A DNA stretch of 64,000 bases from Kiritimatiellia bacterium (GTDB lineage: Bacteria > Verrucomicrobiota > Kiritimatiellia > RFP12 > DVOR01): the NCBI GenBank assembly GCA_036651955.1, contig JAVVWU010000002.1:6459-70458 (forward strand). The letters run 5' to 3'. The notes beneath the pieces were generated by a model that worked only from the letters and a program-made list of their open reading frames with translations, did not search any database and had not been told where the DNA came from. Shown one piece after another: positions 10,673 through 18,343 of this stretch; within the stretch, counting starts at the first letter, position 1; each line of letters begins with the position of its first letter. Made by a program: the position numbers and the translations under genes.

Positions 10673-10921
10673 ATGGCAATTGAAACTGAAGTTTACAGTG
10701 ATGGTATTTATCAAATTCATTTGATTGAGAATATGATTCGTTTGGACTTTATGCGCCTTCAGCCAAGTCCTGAAAGTAAAACTCCTGTACCTAAACCATT
10801 TGAACGCGTCATTCTCAATCCACAAGGTTTCTTACGTACCTATGAGGCCATGGGACAAATCGTTGCAAAGCTTGAAGAAATGGGATTGGTTCATCGGAAC
10901 AATCCGCCGCCACAAGCCTAA
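10673..10921 (+). CDS. Small hypothetical protein (82 aa)
   Basis: Strong AAGGAG RBS 8 nt upstream. No recognisable domain. Confidence 0.45.
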   Translation: MAIETEVYSDGIYQIHLIENMIRLDFMRLQPSPESKTPVPKPFERVILNPQGFLRTYEAMGQIVAKLEEMGLVHRNNPPPQA

Positions 10922-11094
10922 GTCCTAATCGCTTCTCTTTATTTTACAACGTTATACGTTAATAGGCTCTGCCACATAGGTAGCGCACTTATTTCGATTG
11001 GTACTTATTTTCTGCCGTGAGGGAGACCGGTCGGTCGTCCTCTTTTTGTGCGCGTAGCTCAAATACGAGATGCAGCGTTGCTCCCAATGAGTCT

Positions 11095-11345
11095 GGACTT
11101 ACTCTGCATTAGTCCACATCGGCAGTCGGAAATGAAACACTACTTATGCAAAATGGCACAGTTGTGGCACGGTTGCTTTGAAGCCGCGCCTCACTGAGGT
11201 GAAAGTCTTACCTCAGTGAGGTAGACCTCGCACCTCATTGACCCTGACCTCGTACCTCAATGAGGTACGCAATCGAATCTTTTGGAATATCTCTTGAAAT
11301 CTGTGTGGCGTATGACTAAAGCTCTGAAAATGAATGCATAAGGTT
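11095..11345. repeat. Conserved intergenic module, copy A. It contains a TGGCAC direct repeat, two tandem hairpins, a conserved 3' box and TGCATAAGT motifs.
   Basis: About 200 bp is alignable to 23556-23755 at roughly three-quarters identity by eye. Confidence 0.65.
11154..11169 (+). promoter_or_regulatory. Sigma-54-like -24/-12 element TGGCACagttgTGGCA (GG-N10-GC spacing)
   Basis: Exact -24 TGGCAC. The -12 reads TGGCA rather than TTGCA. Copy B has 1 nt less spacing. Confidence 0.3.
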
Positions 11346-11490
11346 GCTCGCTCGGACAGCAGTTACCGGAATGTGCGGAGTGGCTCATTCTTTCTTATGA
11401 GGACTATTATCTGCGTCTAATTTCTTGCATAAGTGTTGTTGTAAGATCTCAATCCTATTTCATTTGACCTTTTTATAAAAGTTCCTTTAC

Positions 11491-11517
11491 CTCATAATAG
11501 CCTCTTCCTATTATGAG
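11491..11517. promoter_or_regulatory. Perfect 10-bp inverted repeat CTCATAATAG-N7-CTATTATGAG upstream of the DegT locus
   Basis: Seen directly. No T-tract on either strand, so operator-like rather than a terminator. Confidence 0.4.
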
Positions 11518-11659
11518 CGATGGTCTTACTCTCGCCGCGTAATCGATTGACAAAGGCTCTAAATCTGAAGCTGGATTGCTTTGATGGCTCGGATTTCGTA
11601 TCATTAGCGCTACAACTTAATTTTATAGCGAAGAGCGCCCCTGTTGAGGGTACCTTATT

Positions 11660-12805
11660 TTGAAAGTAGGGATACGAGTGAAAAAATTTGAAACGCCGAT
11701 ACTTGTTACGCGTCCATGGCTTCCTCCATTGGAGGAGTTCTCACAGGGACTAGCTGAAATCTGGAAGAATCAATGGCTGACAAATAATGGGCCGGTATTG
11801 GAACGTTTCCAAGCGGCACTCGCGCAACAGTTGGGATTGAGTACGAGGAATTTGTCGTTATTTGCAAATGGGACTTTAGCACTTGAGTTGATGTTTCAAA
11901 CGTTAGGGCTTGCCGGAGCAGAAGTTGTTACGACACCTTTTACATTTGTTGCAACCAGTCATGCGTTACGCCGGATCGGTGCAATTCCTGTATTTGCAGA
12001 TGTCGATCCGGAAACGCTATGCCTTTCACCTGAAGCGGCTGAACGAATGATTACGTCACGTACCAAGGCAATTGTTCCTGTACACGTCTACGGACATCCT
12101 TGCGATATCGATGGTTTTGCGCGATTGGGAGAAAAGTACGGGCTGAAAATCGTTTATGATGCGGCTCACTCATTTGGTGTTACGCTTGATGGCGCTTCAA
12201 TTGCGACTTATGGCGATGCGTCTATGTTTAGTTTCCATTCCACAAAACTCTTTCATAGTATTGAAGGCGGGTTGCTAACTTTTCGAGATGCAACAATTCA
12301 AGGTGGATTAGAGTGTTTGCGCAATTTCGCGATTACTTCTGAAACGACGTGTGATGCGATTGGCACGAATGCCAAAATGAACGAATTTGCTGCACTTATG
12401 GGCTGTTGTGGGCTTCGTCAATTGCCCGATCTGATTGCTCATCGCAAGGCGATTTAGGAGATTTACGCTCAAGCATTTGAAGGAACGCCAGTGAAATTGT
12501 TGGCGCGTCCAACGCATATGGCGCGGCATACGGTTGGACACAACTATGCTTACTGCCCTGTACTTCTTCCTGATTTTGAAATGCGAGAGCGCGTTTATGC
12601 GCGATTGAAAGCGTTTAATGTCTTTACACGTCGCTACTTTTACCCTCTGCTTTCGGCATTTGCTCCCTATCAAGATACGCGTGGAAATACGCCCATTGCC
12701 AAAAAAGCAGCTGATTGTGTCTTAACGCTTCCAACCTATCATGGGCTTGCCCTTGAAGATGTTCGTGTCATTGCTCAAAACGTTGTAGAGCTTGTTCAAT
12801 GTTGA
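11660..12805 (+). pseudogene. DegT/DnrJ/EryC1 (ArnB/PglE-like) sugar aminotransferase interrupted by an in-frame TAG at 12455-12457
   Basis: The two ORFs 11660-12457 and 12491-12805 are in the same frame. Conceptual read-through gives ...HRKAI*EIYAQAF..HNYAYCPVLL, a contiguous DegT sequence. Confidence 0.7.
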
Positions 12806-13620
12806 AACGTCTTATTATTGTTGGTGCTAGCGGTATGGGGCGTGAAGTCGCGTCTTATGCAAAAGAGGCTTTGCCGACACTTTCAATCGCAGGATTCTTG
12901 GATGATCGATCTGATTTATTGAACTCCTTTGATGGATTACCGCCCATCCTTGGATCTGTCGAAGCGTGTCATCCGCAAAAGAACGATTACTATCTTGTGG
13001 CTGTAGGTGATGCAGAAGCGCGTGCGCATTATGTTGATTGTCTTATGGTTCGTGGGGCGCATTTTGCAACGCTTATTCATCCGACTGCGTTTGTCGCGTC
13101 ATCAGCAACGCTGGGAGAAGGATGTATTATTTGCCCACAAAGTGCGGTTTCTACAAACGTTCTAATGGGGCGGCATACAATCCTCAATTTAGGTGCATCG
13201 GTAAGTCATGATTGTGAAGTGGCAGATTTTTGTACGCTCTCTCCGGGCGCTCGACTTACAGGCGCCTGTCATTTAGGACAAGGCTGTTTTCTTGGGGTGA
13301 ACGCGTCGCTGATTCCGAAGATTCATTTGTCCGCGTACACGAGTGTGGGTGCAGGGGCTGTTGTAATCCACGCCGTTCCAGAATGTCATACAACGCTTGC
13401 AGGCGTTCCGGCGCACGAGATTTCTCGTGGGGGGGGGTGGAATTCGTGGCAAAATCTCCATCAAAAAGAATGTAATTGCATAAAGTTTACGTCTTCTGTC
13501 AGATTACAAAGAGATTCTAAACAACACATTTATTTTGATACAAAGCGTACTTTCTCTAAGAGGGAAAGTACGCCGTCATTTTTACGATTATACAGTTCAT
13601 CAATTATGAAGGTAAGTTAA
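12799..13620 (+). CDS. NeuD/PglD-family sugar N-acetyltransferase (hexapeptide repeat). The last ~60 aa are likely an artefact of the poly-G tract at 13431-13439; the -1 frame ends at 13481.
   Basis: MLKRLIIVGASGMGRE N-terminus with left-handed beta-helix repeats. The ORF runs through an intrinsic terminator. Confidence 0.7.
   Translation: MLKRLIIVGASGMGREVASYAKEALPTLSIAGFLDDRSDLLNSFDGLPPILGSVEACHPQKNDYYLVAVGDAEARAHYVDCLMVRGAHFATLIHPTAFVASSATLGEGCIICPQSAVSTNVLMGRHTILNLGASVSHDCEVADFCTLSPGARLTGACHLGQGCFLGVNASLIPKIHLSAYTSVGAGAVVIHAVPECHTTLAGVPAHEISRGGGWNSWQNLHQKECNCIKFTSSVRLQRDSKQHIYFDTKRTFSKRESTPSFLRLYSSSIMKVS
13545..13584 (+). terminator. Rho-independent terminator (10-bp stem gcgtactttc/gaaagtacgc, then a T-run)
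   Basis: Seen directly. It lies inside the annotated 3' extension of ORF 12799-13620. Confidence 0.6.
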
Positions 13621-13621
13621 A

Positions 13622-14254
13622 ATGCGGAAATCGGTTTATATTATCGGTGCGCGTGGATTTGGTCGTGAGTGTGCGAATAATCTTCAAATGGATCAGCGGT
13701 TCAGAGAAAATTATGAACTGAAAGGATTCTTAGATGACAAAGCAGATGCACTCAATGGATTTGATAATTATCCTCCGATAGTTTCCTCGGTAGAGGACTT
13801 TATCCCACGGGAAAACGATGTCTTTGTCTGCGGACTTGGCAAAAATGAATATCGTAAGAAGTACATTGAAATAATGTTAAGTAAAAAGGCATATTTCCAA
13901 ACGTTCATTCATCCGACTGCAATTATTCATCCAACAGCAGTTCTTGGAGTTGGTGTTCTTGTTGGGGCAATGACAACTGTAAGTGCAGATGTAAAGGTCG
14001 GAGATTTTACACTTATCCACCCATACAACTGTTTAGGTCATGATACTGTTTTAGAACGGTTTTGCGTGAGTGAATGCTTTAGCTTCTTTGGCGGATTCTC
14101 ATTTGTGGGTGAAGGTGCAACGATTCATACGCGTGCAACAATTCTTCCACATATAAAGGTAGGTCGTGGAGCCGTCGTTGGGGCAGGAAGTGTTGTTCTT
14201 CGCTCTGTATCTGAAGGTACAACCGTTTTTGGTAATCCAGCGATTAGATTTTAA
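13622..14254 (+). CDS. NeuD/PglD-family sugar N-acetyltransferase, paralog B, in a low-GC block
   Basis: MRKSVYIIGARGFGRE N-terminus with hexapeptide repeats. Visibly AT-richer than its neighbours. Confidence 0.8.
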   Translation: MRKSVYIIGARGFGRECANNLQMDQRFRENYELKGFLDDKADALNGFDNYPPIVSSVEDFIPRENDVFVCGLGKNEYRKKYIEIMLSKKAYFQTFIHPTAIIHPTAVLGVGVLVGAMTTVSADVKVGDFTLIHPYNCLGHDTVLERFCVSECFSFFGGFSFVGEGATIHTRATILPHIKVGRGAVVGAGSVVLRSVSEGTTVFGNPAIRF

Positions 14255-14273
14255 GTGTATCGCTTGTGACGTA

Positions 14274-15257
14274 TCACGATTGTGCAGGCATTCTGTTGTG
14301 CCAGATTTTGGGGTGGGCTGGGAGGTTGGTAGGGGCGTAGCCGGGGAGTTGTTCGTGCATGGTTGGAACGGATGGGTGAAGCAGATCTGTCGTTGCAATG
14401 GTACGTGCCGCGTGTGGCAAAAGCTTCCATGGTCCGGTGAGGGAATCGTGTAGAACATATGAGATTTTTTGGCTCATCGGCTTACTTTCACTGGGTGCAT
14501 GATCTACGAATAAAAGCCCATGTTCGCGTGCGCGATCGCACATCCATGCAAGTGTAGTTTCGGGAAGTCCACGCCCACTATAGCCGCCACCAATGTCTGT
14601 ATGGGAACCGGCAAACCAAACTTCGGTTACGCGTGAGTCTGAAATAAAACGGGTAGGAGAGAATGCGTTGCGGCATTCGTCGATGGCGAGTGCGTGGTAG
14701 GCGGCATTGACGCAAGCCGGTAAAGTTTGAATGCCAAAATCTTCGGTGAAGGTCGTTTGTACCGTGTCCCATACGCCGAGCATCTCAATGGGGACGTTCT
14801 TGTACCCATGTTGAGTAGAGAGGCTTTTTGCCAGCGCTACATCGTGACTTCTAAAGGCTTTTATCGCAAGTTGTTCACTCTCTTTCATCGGCGGAATACC
14901 ACAGAAGTCAATGAGACTTGCTAACCATCGTGCCGCAAAAGCACCTCGGCTGAATCCGAAAATATAGAGACGCGGTGTTAATCCTTTATCAAAAGCATGC
15001 GCGCAATCGCGTTGTGCTGTACGATAGGCTTCAATGACACGGCTTTCTAAGTTTACACCGGCAACACTTCCGGGAATGAATTCATCGGGACGTGTGCCAA
15101 TGCCGGCTTCATAATGTGTGATTTGAGCTGTTACGTCTAGCACGGATACCCACCGTTGCAATCGGGCAACATTTCCCCACTGTTCTTTTATTTTCGCTTG
15201 ATCAATATCCATGTCGGTGCCATCAATGGTAAGAACGATATTAAAGAATTTAGGCAT
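14274..15257 (-). CDS. DUF2235 alpha/beta hydrolase (T6SS Tle1-like phospholipase domain)
   Basis: N-terminal IDGTDMD, a GFSRGA nucleophile elbow and WFAGSHTDIGGGY. AAGGAG RBS. Confidence 0.75.
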   Translation of the reverse strand: MPKFFNIVLTIDGTDMDIDQAKIKEQWGNVARLQRWVSVLDVTAQITHYEAGIGTRPDEFIPGSVAGVNLESRVIEAYRTAQRDCAHAFDKGLTPRLYIFGFSRGAFAARWLASLIDFCGIPPMKESEQLAIKAFRSHDVALAKSLSTQHGYKNVPIEMLGVWDTVQTTFTEDFGIQTLPACVNAAYHALAIDECRNAFSPTRFISDSRVTEVWFAGSHTDIGGGYSGRGLPETTLAWMCDRAREHGLLFVDHAPSESKPMSQKISYVLHDSLTGPWKLLPHAARTIATTDLLHPSVPTMHEQLPGYAPTNLPAHPKIWHNRMPAQS

Positions 15258-15281
15258 GGTCTCTTCTCCTTATTTTATACT

Positions 15282-15629
15282 TTAATCTTCGGGCATTTCG
15301 GGGCCTGTTGTGGAGTCTGGGATTGCCCACCATTCCACTTCTACGGGAGAATAAAGCCCCAGGCTGAGTACGGTAAGTAAGGCATCAAGGTAAGTTGTCC
15401 GATAATGAACTTTGGTAAGTCCGCCGACCGAACTCTTTGAGGCTTTCCAATCGCTGTTCCATGGATAAGTCCGCCATAGCGTCCCTTGATAATATTCGAC
15501 TTGATGTTCGCCACCGTCGGGGCCAAAGGCTTCAACTGGGACAGACATTTTACACCCATCTAAGAAAACCATTGCAGTGATTAAAGAACCACTGAATATT
15601 ATCCTAACAACTAACGAACGAATGCGCAT
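15282..15629 (-). CDS. Bor/Iss-family outer-membrane lipoprotein
   Basis: Signal peptide with an LDGC lipobox. LSLGLYSPVEVEWW resembles lambda Bor GFITLGIYTPLEARVYC. TAAGGAGG RBS. Confidence 0.6.
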   Translation of the reverse strand: MRIRSLVVRIIFSGSLITAMVFLDGCKMSVPVEAFGPDGGEHQVEYYQGTLWRTYPWNSDWKASKSSVGGLTKVHYRTTYLDALLTVLSLGLYSPVEVEWWAIPDSTTGPEMPED

Positions 15630-16096
15630 ATCGCCTCCTTACTTACGTAGGGAGTTTAGCATAAAAGCTTTGTGAGATATTCTGACGTGTCGTGAAAAGA
15701 GTGGATTGCAGTTGTGGCTTGATGCCATTACGTCGTTTGGCTTACTTTTGAATTTCTCTTTTCTAACGATTTGTAACGGCTTTTTCTTCACATTGATTGA
15801 GTGGCTGTGCTAAGATGAACCGAACGAATGAAAGCTTTGAATAATGATTTACGGAATCGCGCACGAAATATTGATGATGCCCGTTAAACCTTGTCTTTTT
15901 AAGGACGAGTTTGAGACGGTGTGCGTTCTTTTTGCTAAAGCTTCCAAAAGTAACTTCATCCTAAAAAAATACCGTAATACCACAGTGGACTCCCTGTGGA
16001 GACTAAAGGGGGCTGCGCTTTTTTCAATGCGTATTCTCAACGGATTTGAGCGGGTTTGTCTCGGCAACGAGGAAAACAAGAAAAGGGGGCATTAAG

Positions 16097-17038
16097 ATGC
16101 TTTCAATTTATCAATGGGTCAATGGAAGTTTGCGTGAAGTTGTTACTCCCGATGGCCCTTGTTGGATCAATCTTGCAGACCCTTCCACAGAAGAAATTCT
16201 CCGCGTTCAGACGCTTACAGGTGTTTCGCGAGAGTTCATCTCCGATCCACTCGACCGAGATGAACGTCCTCGTTTGGATGTGGATGATGACGGAACAGTT
16301 CTTATTGTTGTGCATGTGCCGTATCATGAACCGAATGAGAATCTTCATCCCTTTAATACGCTTCCGTTGGGCGTGGTACATACGTCGAATGCGGTGATTA
16401 CGGTGTGCAATCGCCCGACGCCGATCGCGGCTTCCTTTCTGGATCAAATTCGGCGTGTCTGTCCACCTGAACAGAAGTTCCGTTTTACATTTCATCTTCT
16501 TTGGCATGCTGCCATTCTTTATTTGCGCTATTTGCGTGATATTCGTCAACGTGCTGATATGGTTGAACAAGAACTCCATGAATCGATCTCTAATGAAGGT
16601 CTCATGCGGTTACTGAATATTGAAAAGTCTCTCGTTTACTTCACGACCTCGCTTAAAGCGGATGATATTCTTCTTGGACGTATCCGTACCACGCGCCAAC
16701 TTAACATTGATGAAGATGACATTGACGTGTTGGAGGACGTGCGGATTGAATATCAACAGGCACTTGAAATGGCGAGCATTCACAGCAATATTTTGACTGG
16801 AACGTTGGATGCTTTTGCCTCTATTATTTCCAACAATCTGAATAATGTCATGAAGTTCTTGACCTCGATGACGATTGTGCTGATGGTTCCGTCGCTGATT
16901 GCCTCCATTTACGGGATGAATACTAAATTGCCCTTTGCAAGTGAAGTTAGCACGACGGGGTTCTTTACTATTATGGGACTTTCCGCCCTTCTTGTTCTCC
17001 TGACGATTCTATTCTTTGCTAAACGTAAATTCTTCTAA
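16097..17038 (+). CDS. corA: CorA-family Mg2+/Co2+ transporter
   Basis: YGMN motif ahead of two C-terminal TM helices. AAAAGGGGG RBS. Confidence 0.85.
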   Translation: MLSIYQWVNGSLREVVTPDGPCWINLADPSTEEILRVQTLTGVSREFISDPLDRDERPRLDVDDDGTVLIVVHVPYHEPNENLHPFNTLPLGVVHTSNAVITVCNRPTPIAASFLDQIRRVCPPEQKFRFTFHLLWHAAILYLRYLRDIRQRADMVEQELHESISNEGLMRLLNIEKSLVYFTTSLKADDILLGRIRTTRQLNIDEDDIDVLEDVRIEYQQALEMASIHSNILTGTLDAFASIISNNLNNVMKFLTSMTIVLMVPSLIASIYGMNTKLPFASEVSTTGFFTIMGLSALLVLLTILFFAKRKFF

Positions 17039-18330
17039 TGGATACGGTTTCTTCTGCCGAAGTTTATGCGCATCTCCGCGAGAGTAGCGTTACTCTTTGC
17101 AGGGAAAGCGTTGGAATGCCCACGGAAGCGCAATTACAGGCGGTGTGGTTTGATTCGGCATTGCGTCCGGTAGATCTTGCGCTTCCCGATGGTACGCCAC
17201 TCACGGTGCTTGAACCGGGGGTGTGGAATCGCGTGGATGGTCCTGATTTTCACGATGCGCTTCTTTCCATTGGTGGCATTCTTCGTCGAGGTGATGTGGA
17301 GTTGCACCTTCGCCCTTCCGATTGGGACGCGCATGGTCATGCGACTGATCCTGCATATGCGAATCTAATTCTTCATGTCGTCTGGGAGGCAACGCCTCTC
17401 GCCAAAGGGCTTCCGGTGAAGCTTCCGCAACTCGTCTTGCGCCCGTTTGTGGAGCAGAACGGCCCTTATTCTTTCGATGCAATCGACTTGTCTCATTATC
17501 CCTATCAAACGTTGAGCGACAATACGCGACCGTGTTTTCTCAATCTTACAGAAAATCCCGGTGCAACCGATCGCCTGCTTGTTTCGGCTGGGTACTTTAG
17601 GTTGCAAACTAAAAGCAAAGTTTTTGCAGATGCTGTGCGCGCGGGCGATGCGTTTCAAGCCTTTTATGAAGCCCTTCTCACAACGATGGGGTATCGCCGT
17701 AATACGCTCCCTTTTCATCAACTCGCACACGAAATTTCGTTTGCAAGCATTAAGCCCTTTCCCTCTCTCCAACGTTTTGCCATCCTTGCAGGAGTCGCTG
17801 GACTTTTGAGCCCGGAAGGACAGAGCCCACTGTGGAATCTTTGGTGGCAAAGTGGTATTCAGCCTTCTTTAACAGCTTATGCGTGGGATTTCCGAACACT
17901 TCGTCCGCAAAATCATCCATTTCGTCGTTTGGCAGGTGCGGTTGGAATAGTTCATTCCATTGCCAAGCTTTTGGAGCTTCCGCTTGATAAACTTCCGGAT
18001 GCACTTGTTGACGCCTCTACACTTCTTTGTGAGCCCTTGAAATTACGTTCGGGTGCGCCCATTGGTAAAACACGTGCCAACGCGATTGTCACGAACCTTT
18101 TTATCCCGTACCGGTTAGCACTTGGATCGCTTGAACTTGATCAACTCCACGCGTTGCCAAGTGAAGATGTTTCCGCTCCCATGCGTGAGGTGTGGCATCG
18201 CTTAACAGGTGAGTCACCGAATTCATTGCCGAGGGAAGGGCTTCGTCAACAGGGATTGCTTCAAATCCACGCCGACTTTTGTCACAATCCGCGTCTCGTC
18301 TGTGCTACGTGTCCCCTTGCTAAGAAATGA
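17038..18330 (+). CDS. DUF2851-family protein
   Basis: HLRPSDWDAHGH-type motif. TAATG overlap with corA. Confidence 0.6.
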   Translation: MDTVSSAEVYAHLRESSVTLCRESVGMPTEAQLQAVWFDSALRPVDLALPDGTPLTVLEPGVWNRVDGPDFHDALLSIGGILRRGDVELHLRPSDWDAHGHATDPAYANLILHVVWEATPLAKGLPVKLPQLVLRPFVEQNGPYSFDAIDLSHYPYQTLSDNTRPCFLNLTENPGATDRLLVSAGYFRLQTKSKVFADAVRAGDAFQAFYEALLTTMGYRRNTLPFHQLAHEISFASIKPFPSLQRFAILAGVAGLLSPEGQSPLWNLWWQSGIQPSLTAYAWDFRTLRPQNHPFRRLAGAVGIVHSIAKLLELPLDKLPDALVDASTLLCEPLKLRSGAPIGKTRANAIVTNLFIPYRLALGSLELDQLHALPSEDVSAPMREVWHRLTGESPNSLPREGLRQQGLLQIHADFCHNPRLVCATCPLAKK

Positions 18331-18343
18331 ACATAAGGAATCT

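Noticed and set aside
11189-11270. The array of four ACCTCAnTGAGGT units on a ~22 bp period, considered as a mini-CRISPR array.
   Set aside because: The repeats are 12-13 bp palindromes with 9-10 bp spacers and there are only four units. That is far too short for CRISPR and no cas genes are present. It is better explained as two hairpins.
11138-11345. The module considered as a MITE-type mobile element bounded by cttatgca ... tgcataag inverted repeats.
   Set aside because: Copy B lacks the right-hand inverted repeat at the equivalent position. No target-site duplication is visible at either locus and the copy boundaries are ragged.
15630-16096. A possible M-box (Mg2+) riboswitch in the 460-bp leader upstream of corA.
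   Set aside because: The conserved UUAGGUGAGG core of the M-box is absent. Only a ccacag/ctgtgg hairpin and a partial match to the module 3' box are present.
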